Source of the DNA: Azolla caroliniana
Lineage: Eukaryota > Plantae > Polypodiophyta
Assembly (NCBI GenBank): GCA_043228905.1
Contig: JBHGNT010000012.1
Span: forward strand, 14,818,001 to 14,882,000
DNA length: 64,000 bases
Reading direction: 5' to 3'
The notes beneath the pieces were generated by a model. It worked only from the letters and a program-made list of their open reading frames with translations, searched no databases and had not been told where the DNA came from. Position numbers and translations under genes: made by a program. This document shows, piece after piece, positions 50,401 to 64,000 of the stretch (its first letter is position 1; each line of letters begins with the position of its first letter).

Positions 50401-53400
50401 GGCAATTGAGCCGAAAATACGGACATGTGATAAATCCACCTTCTTTCCAAAAAACTTCTCATGAGGTGTTACGTCGTGTACACTAGAGGTTGTACACCTA
50501 TTCATGAGATATACAGTTGTGTTCGCCGTTTCTGCCTAGTACGATTTCGGCAGGTTCTTCTCATTCATCATTGCCTATGCAACCTCTACTATGTGCCGAT
50601 TCTTCCGTTCAGCTACACCATTTTGCTGAGGTGTATGTCAACACGAGAGTTCTCGTCGTATTCCTTCCTTCTGGAGATATGCCGAAAAATCATCGTAGAA
50701 ATATTCTTTGCCTCCATCCGATCAAAGGCAGCGTACATTTCTACCCGTGGCTTTCTCGACTTCATTCTTAAACCTTTGGAAATGTCCGAACACTTTGCTC
50801 TTCTGTCTCATCGGGTAGATCCGGGTGTGCCTAGAGAAGTCATCGATGAACGTGACATAGTAGCTGCAACCTCCAAATGTTGCGATTTGGGCTAGTCCCC
50901 ACACATCTGAATGTACTACATCAAGGATCCCTTACTCACATTCCTCTCTTTCGGGAATGGATGTCGACATTGTTTTCCAAACTGGCACGCCTCGCATACG
51001 CTTGTAATCTCCTTCTCGGTAAAGTTTGGGAGTCCGATTACGACTCCTTTCGATTGCATGTTCTGGAGTTTCTGGAGATTAATGTGGCCAATTCGCTTGT
51101 GCCACAGTTTCAAATCAATTTCAACTTTAACGCCTTTCGCGAACATAGCTTGATTTCACCTCTTTCGATTCAAGGATAAACATCTTGCCTTCTCGGCGAC
51201 CGTGAACGATGAGGCGGCCTTCTTTTTCGATGAAGCACCCTTCATCATTGAACCGCACTTGCATCCCTTATTCGACAATCTGGACTACCGAGACCAGGTT
51301 TTTAGTGATGGTTGGGACATGCAAGACATTTTTGAGGTAGGTTTGTTTGTCGTCGTTCCTGAATGGGATGTTCCCGATGTGCCGTATTGAATGTGTCATG
51401 TCATCGCTTGTTTCGACATAACCGGACCGATCGGGCTTTCGTAATTCTCGGAACCAATCTTCATGGGACGTCATATGATTGGATGCTCCTGAGTCAACAA
51501 ACCATACATTATCCGAGGATTAGGTGCTTGTCTCACCTTGTGCCGACATCGAATGTGCCTTGTGCCTCATCATAAACATTCCGCCATGATCATCATAGTC
51601 GAAATTCGAAGCGTAATTCATAATTTGTCAGCTAGTCGATGACGAGTCTCGTATCTTTTTTCGGCACTGCTCTTCATAGAGTTTGTTGGGTGCAAGGCCA
51701 TCAATGCGGAAGAGCAGACAACGTCTGTGATGGTGAAGAATCTGCGTATGCGAGTTAACACTAGATACGCACGGAGAGAGAGAGATATAGGCACAAAGAA
51801 ATAGGGTTTTATTTCTCAATAGCAACAACTACAAGAATTACAACCAGCAGCTACTAACAGGTTACAAAGTCACTTTATATAGTGATTGTCCTAGGGCAAC
51901 TGCCCTTTGTGCTATTTATAGAAATAGCCCAAACTTGGGTTGTCCAAGGGGACAATGTGAATACGGCCATTATACACTCGTATTCGACACTCCCCCGTAA
52001 TGGGTGTATACATGGGTTATCTAAACAATTACAGGTATATATACAAGGTTTATCGAACAGATCGGGTTTGTCAGAGTCGGCAAGATCCGAAGACAGAAGA
52101 CCGAACCGGTCGGGTCGAAAGAGCTGAAGCCGATCCTCAGAGACCCGATGTCGGTGGTCCGAAACCGTCCTGTGTTGTGTGTCGGACTTTAACCGGACCG
52201 ATTTTTCGTTACGCCCATCTGGTGCCAAAGGAACCGGAAACGATCCGCTGAAAGACACTTGTTCATTCCATCTACGACCTTATCAGTTGTGGATATCTTC
52301 TCTAGACTGATTTTCCTTGAAATGACGCAATCCCGAACGAAGTGATATCGAACGTCGATATGTTGGAGGCGTTGTGGTGAACCGGGTTTTTTGACAAAGC
52401 AACATCACCCTGACTGTCGCTGTAGACAACTGGAGCCGAGTCGGAGTCGACCTGTCGGAACGTGTGCGCCAGCCGACCGAGCCATAAAGCTTCTTTTGCC
52501 GCGTCGGACGCAGCTACATATTCCGCTTCGGTCGTTGAGGTGGTTGTGCACTCCTGAAGTTTCGACTTCCACGAGATTGCTCCATTGCCGAATTTGAAAC
52601 AATACTTGGTTGTTGATTTCCGACTATCCACACAGTCGGCAAAGTCCGAGTCGGTGTAACCGACTACGCCTGAGGTTGAGTTCGGGCTGAAGAGAATGTC
52701 GTGGTCTTTTGTGCTAGCTAGATAACTGAACACATGCTTGACTGCGTTCTAGTGCAATCGGCCGGGGTTGTGCATGAATCTGTTGACGACTCCTATGGCG
52801 TGAGAAATATCAAGCCGTGTCACGACCATCGCGTACATAAGGGAGCCGACTGCCGGTGCATACGGTACCAACTTCATATCTTCCCCCTCCGGACCAGATG
52901 TCGGGCAGTCTCACTAAGACAGTCGAAGGTTAATGGGGAGCGGGGTCGAAGCAGACTTGGCCGAGTGCATGTTGAAGCGTTCCAAGACACGTCCGATGTA
53001 GTCGGTTTGAGACAAGAAAAGTTGACGTTTATCGCGATGCCGACTAATCTTCATACCAAGTATGTGTCTGGCCGGACCAAGGTCCTTCATGGCAAACTTC
53101 AACTGCAGTTTCTGAACGAGTTCAGTGAGCTCACCGGCATGCCTGCTGGAGAGGAGCATGTCGTCCACGTAGATGATGAGGAAGACGGGAGACCCGTCTT
53201 GAGCTGTTTTGGTAAAGAGATAGTGGTCCTCATCGCTCTTTGAGAAGCCGACCGATTGGATGAAGTCGTTGAACTTCTTGTACCACTGTCGGGGTGCCTA
53301 TTTGAGGCTGTAGAGACTCTTCTTGAGTCGGCAAACTAGATGTTCCTGGCCGGATGCCACAAAGCCTTTCGGCTGCTCCATATAGATTTCCTCCTGTAGC

Positions 53401-55081
53401 TCACCGTGGAGGAATGCCGTTTTTACATCTAGCTGAATCAGCTCCAAGTTGTCGGCGGCCACGACGCCGAGCATGAAACGAAGGGTCATCATTTTCACCA
53501 CTGGTGAAAATATTTCGTCGAAGTCGACACCATATTCTTGTCTAAATCCCTTTGCAACTAATCTGGCCTTGTACTTTGGGTTGGTCGAGTCAGACGTTTC
53601 TTTTAGTCGATAGACCCACTTACATGGAAGAGCACGTCGATTCTCCGGTAAGTCGACTAAGTCCCAAGTTTTGTTTGCCCGAATGGAGTGCATTTCCGAC
53701 TCCATCTCCAGATGCCATGTGGTCGAAACGGTTCGCCGGCGTCGGTAAAGAAAATTTCGAGAGAGTACCTCTCCGGAGGTTGTGACAGTCTCTCGGATCT
53801 GCGAGGTATGATTGGACTAGTTGCGTCGGGTGTCAATGTCGGATGATCGGGAGCCGAGCCATTCGGCTGTGTTGAATCGGTGGATTCAAGACGAGAGGTG
53901 TCAGTTACCCGTGAAACCGATCTCGTGTTGTGGGCTGGGCTTTCATGAAGGGTTGGCACTTCAGAGAATATTACCCTTCAGACTTCAATAGGCCTTTCAA
54001 CCGTTTTATGCATAGCCGACTCATTGAACACGACATCCGAACTTCGGATGATTTGTCTGTGCTCGGGGTCCAGAGTCGGTATCCGATCTCGCCGTCGGGT
54101 CCATACCCAAGGAAAACACATTTCCTTGATCTTGGTTCAAGTTTCCGGCGATCGTCTTTCGGTATGAGGGCGTATGCCTCGCAACCGAAGATCCTCAGCT
54201 TGTCATAATTTGGCTTACTACCGGTCCATACTTCCTGAGGTATTTGAAGTCCTAGAGGTCTACTTGGCGACATATTTATTATGTGTACTATCGTAAGTAG
54301 AGCCTCCGCCCAGAAGCCATCCGACAGTCCGGAGTGTTGGAGCATGGATACTATGTGTTCTTGAATCGTCTGATTCATGCGTTCTGCAATTCCGTTCTGC
54401 TCCGGACTATAGGGTGTCGTATATTCACGTCGATCGCCGCGTTCCCGGCAAAATTTGACGAATTCGTCAGACTTGAATTCTCCTCCATTATCGGTTTGGA
54501 GACATTTTAGTTTCCGACCAGTCTGGTTTTCGACCATTGCAAGCCATTCAGAGAAGATCGAGAACACCCGATCTTTGGTTCTGATGGGGTAAGCCCACAC
54601 CTTCCGAGTCGAGTCGTCAATAAAATTGACGAAGTACGAAGCACCGCCGAGAGACTGATGTGGCATCGGGCCACAGACGTCCGAGTGGACCAAATTGAGG
54701 GGACTCGATTCTCTTGGTGCTGATGTCGGACATGATGCGGCTACCTGTTTCCCGTACTGGCAATGCTCGCAGAATTCGTGATCCGAGAAGGAGAGCTTGG
54801 GGATGTAACCGGCTCTAGATAGGTGCGTTATGCCGGCCTTGTTGAGGTGTCCAAGTCGTCCGTGCCATAACGATGACACGGGGATATCAACAAAAAATAA
54901 GTCACCCTCTTTGAGTGTGACATATAAAGGGTGCAAAGAGTGTACCTTCAGTCCTCGAGCAAGCATGAGTTTCCCTTTGTGGAGTGTCCACCCTCCTTAT
55001 GAGAATCCGGCACGGATGCCGGCTTCGTCAAGTTGTCCGACTGAGATCAAGGGTCTTGAGAGCTCAAGAATGTGTCGGACG

Positions 55082-58000
55082 TGTTGGGAAACAGGTCCCT
55101 CCGGATGGGAAGGGAGAAGAACAGTGCCGACGAACAAACTCGGCCAAGGCCGACAGGCCGAGGCCGAAACGGTATGAACCGGATGGGGAGAACCCGACTG
55201 CAGAGAGTCGGATGGTGTAGGCCCGACTGCGGAAAGCCGGATGAGGAGTACCCGACTGCGGAGAATCGGATGGTGTAGGCCCGACTACGGAGAGCCGGAT
55301 GAAGCCCATCAAGGCTACATTTGTAAATAGCCGAAAAGTCATATTAGTATAAATATGACTTAGGGCAAACTTTTAGTCGTAGTTGTGATTATTCTTTCTT
55401 GTTGGTGCAAGAAGAAATCAGAGCGCGTAATTGTACAAAGAGAGAGAGAGAGAGAGATGAGGTCGTTGCCTCTGTTGTAACCGCCGCCTGTGGCGAAGAT
55501 CTGTGAGCACGAGGTCGTTGCCTCAGTGATCTCACTGTTGTATATTTCTGCATAGTGACAGTTTGCAGCTTGTGGGCTGCCGTGGTTTTTCCCCCTATTT
55601 TGGGGTTTTCCACGTATACCTCCTGTGCACCATTTCTCCTCTTTTGTGTCGCGTCTCATTACCTGTTTTTCTGTGTATGAAAAGAATCTCGGTTGTGGCC
55701 GAGCGTCGGACATAAGGAACGTCGAGTTCCCAACAAGTGGTATCAGAGCGAAATCGACACAGAAAATGGACGAATCGTTTGGCGGCATGTTCAAGCTCAC
55801 CGGCTCCAACTATTCAGTGTGTAAGTCGAAGATGAGGGACATGCTCGTGGTTAAAGACCTCTGGCTGCCGGTTCAGTTCGGGGACAAGAGACCGGACAAA
55901 ATCGACGCCGCGATATGGGATGTGATGCACATGAAGACAACGGCGTACATACGGTGCTTCATCGACATGAGCCTGTACAACAACTTCAATGAAGAGAGCA
56001 AGGCTCATGAGCTCTGGGAGAAGATCGGCACAATGTTCCAGAACAAAAATGTTGTCAATCAGGCGTCGGTATTCCGGAAGCTTGTAAGACTCCGGTACCA
56101 AGATGGCTCCAGCATGGCGAAGCATATGAATGCCTTCCAGGGGCTGATTCACCAAGCAACGTCATTGGAAGTACCTCTTGCCGATGAGGTCCTAGCGCTA
56201 CTCCTGCTCGGTTCCCTCCCGGATAGCTGGGAGACGTTGGTTGTCACTTTGGGCAATGCCGGGCCGGAAGGAAAACGGTTATCCCTAGCAAGAGTAAAGT
56301 CGAGCTTGCTAGATGAGGAGGCCCGTCGGAAAGACAAAGATACGAGCTCCGACTCCAAAGCGCTCCTTACCGAATCGGAACGCGGAAGACATAGAAACCG
56401 TAGTCCCCAGAACCGGGAGAAGTCGGGGACACGATCAAAGTCAAGGGGGAGGCCGACTTGCTTCTATTGCGGCAAGCCGGAACACTTCCAAACGAACTGT
56501 CGGCATTTCCGTAAAGACAAGGAAACCGACGGTACCGATTCGAAGCAAACCCCGAACCGGAACGGTACAGACCGGAACGGTAAAGACCGGAGGGGGCCGG
56601 ACCGGAAGGGAACGACGGCAATTGCGGCAAGTGAAGAGGAGTTGATGCTCATCACCGAGGAGAGTGAGATAAACCATGCCGGCGATGAGATGACCTGGGT
56701 GGTAGACTCCGGAGCGTCGTTCCACCTTACCCCGGACCGGAAATGCTTCTCATCCTACTCAGCCGGTGATCACGGTTGTGTCCGGATGGGGAATGAAGGA
56801 ACATGCCGAATTGTCGGCATAGGAGACGTGTGGCTGACAACACCAACCGGATGCAAGTTGCTGTTGAAAGATGTCCGACACGTTCCGGAAGTACGTCTGA
56901 ACCTGATATCAGCCGATCGGCTAGATGATGAAGGCTACACGGGTAGCATCCGGAACGGTGTCATGAAGTTCAGCAAAGGGAGCCTGATTGTGGCTCGGGC
57001 CCGGAAGGTAAACACATTGTACCTGATGAATGCCCGGTTATGTCCGGAAGAAGTGAACGTGGCTTCCGACACTGCCGGTGAGCTGTGGCACAAGAGGCTA
57101 TGTCACATGAGTGAGAAGGGGATGAAGAGGCTTGGAGACGACAACCTCATTCCAGTTAAGAACGTGCACTTAGAGAAGTGCACTGATTGTCTGGCCGGTA
57201 AGCAGAACCGGACCTCCTTCCGATCAAGGCCACCGATGAGACGTAATGCACCACTGGAGTTGGTGCATACGGATGTTTGTCAAGTAGACACGAAGTCACA
57301 TGCCGGAGCGCAGTACTTCGTGACGTTCATAGATGACCACAGCCGGAAGCTGTGGGCCACACCGCTGAAGACGAAGGATCAGGTGTTATCCGTCTTCAAA
57401 GAGCTCCACGCGAGAGTGGAAAGAGAAACCGGTCGGAAGCTGAAGGCGGTTCGAGCTGATAACGGAGGTGAGTACCGGGGGCAGTTCGAGGAGTACTGCC
57501 GCTCGAAGGGAATCCGGCTCGAATTTACCGTGCCGAAGACGCCGGAGCTAAACGGACTGGCCGAGAGGATGAACCGGACCATAATGGAGAGGGTCCGGAG
57601 TATGCTAGCGCATGCAAAACTACCCAAGAAGTTTTGGGCTGAGGCATTGTCGACGGCGACATATGTGATAAACAAATCACCCTCAGTACCCCTGGATGGA
57701 GACACGCCACAGAGAGTATGGACCGGTAAGGAAGTGTCCTACCGGCATCTAAGGGTGTTCGGGTGTCTCGCGTACGTGCATGTAGCAAAGGACCGGAGAG
57801 GAAAGCTAGATCCAAAGACCCGGCCATGCATATTCCTCGGTTACGGTGACGACGAGTTCGGCTACCGAGTGTGGGACCCGGTCGACAAGAAGGTATTCCG
57901 GAGTCGAGATATTGTCTTCATGCAGGACAAGACGCTCGCCGACTGGGAGTCGGAGAAGAAGATAGTGAACTCCGAGTCGACCGGTAAGGATAGACTCTAC

Positions 58001-60472
58001 AATGAGCAGACCGGTTAGCACTCGAGGAACCAGCCGGTTACGGTGAGGATACCGAACCGGCAGAAGAAGAAGTAGAGGAAGCTGAGACCGGAACCGGTCA
58101 AGACCCCGAATCGGATTCGGATGAAGAGCAAATGGAGGAACCGATTACCGAAGCCCGAAGACGTAGATATCCTCTCAGAGAGAGAAGGGCGCCCCGGAGA
58201 TTTCCGGATGCAGAGCATGTCCTGCTGACCGATGAGGGGGAGCCGGAAAGCTTCGAAGAAGCGAAGGTTGACATCCACAGCCGAAAATGGTTAAGTGCCA
58301 TGCAGGATGAGATGGATTCCCTGCATGAGAACCATACGTACGAATTGGTGGAGCTGCCGAAAGGAAAGCGGGCACTCCGAAACAAGTGGGTATTCAAGTT
58401 GAAACCGGGAGATGCCGGCAACCCCCCGAGATACAAAGCCAGGATCATGGTGAAGGGGTTCCAGCAGAAGAAGGGCGTGGACTTCGACGAAATATTCGCC
58501 CCGGTAGTAAAGATGACCTCCATCCGGACGGTGCTGAGTATAGCAGCAAGCATGGATCTCGAGGTAGAGCAGCTGGACGTGAAGACGGCATTCCTTCACG
58601 GCGACCTCGAAGAGGAGATCTCATGCAGCAACCGGAAGGATTTGTGGAGAAAGGGAAGGAGCACCTGGTATGCCGGTTGAAGAAGAGCCTATACGGACTG
58701 AAGCAGGCTCCCCGGCAATGGTATCGGAAGTCCGACTCCTTCATGACCGATCAAGGGTACCACAAGACGCATGCCGATCACTGCGTGTTTGTGAAGAAGT
58801 TCGAAGGAGGGGACTTCCTGATACTCCTCCTGTACGTGGATGACATGTTGATCGTCGGACGAGACCAAGGAAAAATACGGATGCTGAAGAAGGCTCTCAA
58901 CCGGACCTTCTCAATGAAGGACTTGGGTCCGGCAAGACAGATGTTGGGGATGCACATCATTCGGGACCGGTCAGTGAAGCAGTTATGGCTGTCACAGGAA
59001 AAGTATGTGACAAAGGTGCTTCACCGGTTCAACATGTCAGATGCAAAACCGGTCGGATCGACACTTCCGGCAAACTGCAAGTTGTCCGGCAAGCAAAGCC
59101 CGAAGACAAAAGGAGAGAAGGCAGATATGATGAAGATTCCATATGCCTCTACCGTCGGGAGCTTGATGTACGCAATGGTTTGTACCCGACCGGACATTGG
59201 ATACGCAGTCGGAGTGGTGAGTTGGTTCATGAGTAATCCCGGCAAGGAGCATTGGAATGCGGTCAAGTGGATACTCCGGTATTTGAAGGGCACTTCAAAT
59301 ATGTGTCTCCGATTCGGCACTGGAAAACCTCAACTGGACGGTTTCACCGATTCGGACATGTCGGCTGATGTGGATACCAGCCGATCTACATCCGGGTATG
59401 TGATGACATATGCAGGGGGAGCTGTCTCGTGGCAGTCGAGGCTGCAGAAGACGGTTGCATTGTCAACCACAGAGGCGGAGTACATGGCGGCTGTGGAAGC
59501 CGGCAAGGAGATATTATGGATGAAGGACTTCATCGGGGAGCTCGGTATCCGGCAAGAGGAATACCGACTCTACTGCGACAGTCAAAGTGCCATCCACCTT
59601 GCTAAGAATGCGGCCTACCATTCCCGAACGAAGCATATCCAGCGGAGGTATCACTGGATCCGGGAAAGGGTAGATGACCAGGAGTTCGCATTAGCGAAGA
59701 TCCACACGGCCGAGAACGGGTCAGATATGCTGACCAAAGTGCTGACACCCGACAAGCTGGACGCGTGCCGGAAGAGGATCGGGCTGAAAAGACACCCCAT
59801 GCCGGAGTGAAGGGGGAGTTTGTTGGGAAACAGGTCCCTCCGGATGGGAAGGGAGAAGAACAGTGCCGACGAACAAACTCGGCCAAGGCCGACAGGCCGA
59901 GGCCGAAACGGTATGAACCGGATGGGGAGAACCCGACTGCAGAGAGTCGGATGGTGTAGGCCCGACTGCGGAAAGCCGGATGAGGAGTACCCGACTGCGG
60001 AGAGTCGGATGGTGTAGGCCCGACTGCGGAGAGCCGGATGAAGCCCATCAAGGCTACATTTGTAAATAGCCGAAAAGTCATATTAGTATAAATATGACTT
60101 AGGGCAAACTTTTAGTCGTAGTTGTGATTATTCTTTCTTGTTGGTGCAAGAAGAAATCAGAGCGCGTAACTGTACAGAGAGAGAGAGAGAGAGATGTGGT
60201 CGTTGCCTCTGTTGTAACCGCCGCCTGTGGCGAAGATCTGTGAGCACGAGGTCGTTGCCTCAGTGATCTCACTGTTGTATATTTCTGCATAGTGACAGTT
60301 TGCAGCTTGTGGGCTGCCGTGGTTTTTCCCCCTATTTTGGGGTTTTCCACGTATACCTCCTGTGCACCATTTCTCCTCTTTTGTGTCGCATCTCATTACC
60401 TGTTTTTCTATGTATGAAAAGAATCTCGGTTGTGGCCGAGCGTCGGACATAAGGAACGTCGAGTTCCCAACA
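55082..60472 (+). mobile_element. Element L: youngest, nearly intact Ty1/copia
   Basis: LTRs 55082-55735 and 59821-60472 (about 7 substitutions by hand count), perfect TSD GGACG, PBS TGGTATCAGAGC at 55738-55749, PPT GAAGGGGGAG. Confidence 0.97.
55766..59810 (+). pseudogene. gag-pol: Copia gag-pol polyprotein of L with two frameshifts (~58000 and ~58620)
   Basis: CFYCGKPEHFQTNC, WVVDSGAS, WHKRLCH, ADNGGEY, YVDD, CDSQSAI in three consecutive ORFs. Confidence 0.95.
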
Positions 60473-63400
60473 GGACGTTGTGTAGTACGAGTGCAGAGCC
60501 ACCCGGAAGGTTGAGCTCTACGGTGCCGATTCCGATTATAGCACAGTGCTGCGAGTTTCCGACTCGAACTGAGTCGGAGTGTCGGTCCGAGTATTGCCGA
60601 AACTGAGATCGGTGAGGTGTCACATGATACGATGCCCGAGTCAAGAAGCCATGTGTTCGATTCCTCAGCTGTAAGCAGAACTTTTGATTCAACTAGGTTC
60701 TCTATGAACAGTATGTTCGGGTCGGTCGTCAAAAATTCGGCTGAAGAGCCGACGTAGTTGACCTCCTCATGTCGGCTACTCTTCTGATCTGCTCTCTAAG
60801 CTTTGTCGGTTTTTGCTTTGAGTGCCCGGTAGTCGTCTTTGATGTGTCCCAGTTTCTTGCAATAGTTGTAGATTCGGTTGTCCCGGGACTTGCTCCGGCT
60901 TCGCTGATTGTTCGGCGGTCGGGAAGAACTTCTTCCCCGGTTGTTCGATCAGTCAGTCGAACCTTGTACTACGTAAGCTTCATCTGTCAAGTATTTGGCG
61001 AAAGACTTTCTCCGAGCTGCTTCAATCATGATTGTGCTCATGAAGCGTTGAAGCGTTGAAGCCTTGCACACGGTTGTAGCGAAAGTTTCCCATGAAGAGG
61101 GGAGGCTACTCATGAGTATCATTGCTCTGAGTTCATCCTCGATTTCCATCCCCTGAGTCGAGATTTGGTTTCTTATGCTTTCGTACTCGTTGAGGTGTGC
61201 CTGAACCAAATCGAATTCTGTCATCCGCAAGTTGTAGAGGCGCTGGATCAGATACATCTTCGTTGCGGCGACCTTCTTTTCATAAGTTTTCGATAGTGTT
61301 TTCCAAAGTTCAAATGCTATCGTGCATGATTGCACTGTGAAGTACACTGACTCCGACAAGTGCATCCGAATCGTGGCTCGGATGATTCTGTCCAACTTTA
61401 GCCACTCATTTGCCTTGTATGCTTCTGGAGGATTTTCATTCTCAATCGAGTCTATCTGACCCTTGACTATGAGATAGTCTTGCATTTGTTCCTTCCAGAA
61501 GTTGAAGTCCGAACCGTCGAACCTCCTTAGACTCATCTCCGATGAGTCGAATGTTGATGCCATCTAATTCGGTTTCGGTTGGGAAGACTCAGTTCGGAGT
61601 TGACGACGAACCTTAGTGGGGTGTAGCCAGTCGGCTCACCCGATATTGTTCTAGTCGGTTTTAAACCCGAGTCGGTTTGGTTTCGGATACTTGTTGCTGA
61701 ACTTGCTCGAAGTGACTCTGGTAACTTGAGATGCGAGCTTTTGTTTTTCTTCTCCCTTCTCTGTTCTTCAAGGAAAACGAAAAATGGAATGTTGTGTGGT
61801 GTACTATGACAACTGGCAGCGGGTTGAAGAACCTCCAACGCTCTAATACCAAATGTTGGGGGCAAGGCCATCAATGCGGAAGAGCAAACAACGTCTGTGA
61901 TAGTGAAGAATCTGCGTATGCGAGTTAACACTAGATACGCACAGAGAGAGAGAGAGAGAGAGAGAGATAGGCACAAAGAAATAGGATTTTATTTCTTAAT
62001 AGCAACAACTACAAGAATTACAACCAGCAACTACTAACAGGTTACAAAGTCACTTTATATAGTGACTATCCTAGGGCAACTGCCCTTTGTGTTATTTACG
62101 AAAATAGCCCAAACTTGGGCTGTCCAAGGGGATAGTGTGAATACGGCCATTATACACTCGTATTCAACAAAGTTTTCCACAATACCCGCATTTGATCGGG
62201 TTGTTATGATTGCTCGGTCCGGCAAGATAGCTCCCCCTTCTGCCGAACTCTTTGGCATTGCTCCTGTTGTCTTGCCACTAGTGAGAGTTACGTTCTCGAG
62301 TCGATTGAACCTATCGCCCTCAGCCGAATTGACCTCTATTTCCTCAGCCAAATCCTCTTCTATCGTCCGATTGTGAGTAGAGCATCTGACCATCCGATGT
62401 TTTGCTCCTTTGTTAGGCATGGTTTTCTTCCACCAATAATATCGATTGAAAGTCAAAAAAGGAAGGTGGGTTCTCCCTTGCGAGGATGTTTGATTTGATC
62501 GTGTCGAATCGTGGTGTTAAGCTACCGAGGCATATTTGCACCATTTCGTCATCGTCGATGATGACATTGATCGATCCGAGGGCATCACACAGCTCCTTGA
62601 TCTTCAAGGTATAACCCGTGATCGACATATCCCTCTGTTGCATGTTGTTTAGCTCCTGTCGAAGTTGGAGCTTTCATGCAGCCATATTGGCCGCAAAGAT
62701 CTTCTTAAGATTTCCCCAAGCTTCTTTTGGCGTTTTCAAATCTCGAATATAGCCAAGCATGTGGTCATGGACGCATGACACAAGGCAATACAACACACGG
62801 CTCGTAGCCTGCTCCCACGCTAGGTAGTCAACGTGTGTCGGGTTGGGTTGCGTTACGTGAGCTCCCTCGATGTAGCTCCAGTAACCTTGTCCGACAAGGT
62901 ACTGATGCATCTTGTACTCCCAAGATGTGAAATTTGTTCTATTGAGCTTCTCAGTGGGAAGAGCACTTCCCATCTAGGTGTTCATTGTCGAACTTCTTCT
63001 ACTCTTGATGCGAGCTGTGTAGAAATCGTTGCCACAGTGATCAATCGGTTCTCTACAAGTTTGAGCACAACACATGTAAAGGCGATGGGCTTGGATCAAG
63101 CGACCACGCGCTCTAATACCATGTAAAGAATTGTGAGTGATTTTGTGCAACGGAAGGACTGTGTGTGTGTATGTGCACAAGAGAGAGTGAGAGCTCTAAC
63201 CAAGAAATTGTATATTACATCCAACAGTAACTAAGTTACAAAAGGTTGGTTTAAATACCAACTAGTCTAGGGCAAATGCCCTTTCTACTAATTACAAAAA
63301 TGTCCTAGTAAGTTGTCCACTGACTAGTGTGAACACTATTCCTATAGGAAGTTGAGTTCGATTCTCAACAGGATCCGATATGCTCACGAAGAACCTACCA

Positions 63401-63473
63401 ATGGATAGACCCAGAGCCTATCGACAAAAGACAGGATTGACTGACTCCCGCCCACTGAAGTGAAGGGGGAGTT

Positions 63474-64000
63474 TGTTGGGAATAAGTCCCTCCAGTGGGA
63501 GGAGCCGATAGTTTGGGCCAAGAAGTGCCGACAGTTGAAGACAAGGAAAAGCCAACAGTTTTGGCTGAGTGCCAATGGTTGAAGAGTCAAATGCGAGAAA
63601 GTCAACTGTGAGAGTCGACTGGGTGAGTCAACATGAAGGAGATCCAAGTCGAAGACATGACCGACTAGTCGGGCCGACCAGATGGTCAATGACCAGGCCG
63701 ACTAGTCGAACCGACTGAACAGTCATCACTAGAGTCGGATGATGGCTAATTATTCTTATAGATAATAATAGTAGTGATGTGTAGTAGGGGCTACACTTGT
63801 AAATAGCCCATATGATGTATTAGTATAAATACAGCTAGGGCAAACAGAAGACAATGTGTAGAGAGGAGAGAGTAAGAGTGTTGTAGTGAAGCGCGAGAGA
63901 AAAAGAAGAGGGAGAGAGCGGCGCCATAGCTGTGTGAAACAGTCGGCACCAAGAGCCCTGTGAGGTTGATACACTCCACAAAGAGTGTTGTAATCTTCTT
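63474..64000 (+). repeat. 3' LTR of O (runs off the window)
   Basis: Follows the RNase H stop and PPT; homologous to 24878-25551. Confidence 0.92.

Larger units (their letters stand above)
51684..62169 (-). mobile_element. Element M: degenerate Ty1/copia with ~310-bp LTRs, containing L
   Basis: LTRs 51684-51989 and 61854-62169, TSD GAGTT/AAGTT, Met PBS at 61840-61851, gag from 61563, integrase ORF 53971..54966, RT and RNase H. Confidence 0.93.
47813..63370 (-). mobile_element. Element N: degenerate Ty1/copia with ~250-bp LTRs, containing M
   Basis: LTRs 47813-48063 and 63122-63370, TSD GGATC, Met PBS at 63110-63121, gag 62973-62170, pol 51683-48255 (YVDD, YCDNMS). Confidence 0.93.
24878..64000 (+). 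mobile_element. Element O: Ty1/copia host element fragmented by nested insertions (internal pieces 25552-25860, 39142-40698, 44597-46653, 47476-47812, 63371-63473)
   Basis: LTR 24878-25551, PBS TGGCATCAGAG at 25555; the gag-PR-IN-RT-RH reading rejoins across each TSD; 3' LTR from 63474. Confidence 0.92.

Overview
Gene-free, eukaryotic (land-plant, most likely moss such as Physcomitrium; inference) heterochromatin-type window made almost entirely of nested LTR retrotransposons. Letters A-P are my own labels. Left part: a Tcn1-like chromovirus (A, 1635-7221, TSD CAGGG) sits in a deleted Tat/Athila-like gypsy (B), which sits in a Tcn1-like fragment (C). C was also hit by a Met-primed gypsy (D) containing a tRNA-Trp-primed gypsy (E). 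Right part: one Ty1/copia (O, 24878 to >64000) carries about 33 kb of nested insertions: F containing G, I, H and a captured gene-like fragment; J; K; and N>M>L. No host gene, rRNA, true tRNA or CRISPR is present. The most interesting signals are: (1) the Trp-primed lineage makes 4-bp, CpG-centred target-site duplications at all five scorable insertions; (2) its Gag-only derivatives carry a repeated, covarying RNA stem-loop inside their ORF; (3) two unrelated gypsy lineages carry an antisense tRNA-like Pol III A-box/B-box module in U3; (4) the chromovirus shows covarying Tf1-type self-priming; (5) a 56-nt-period hairpin array lies in the leader of D.
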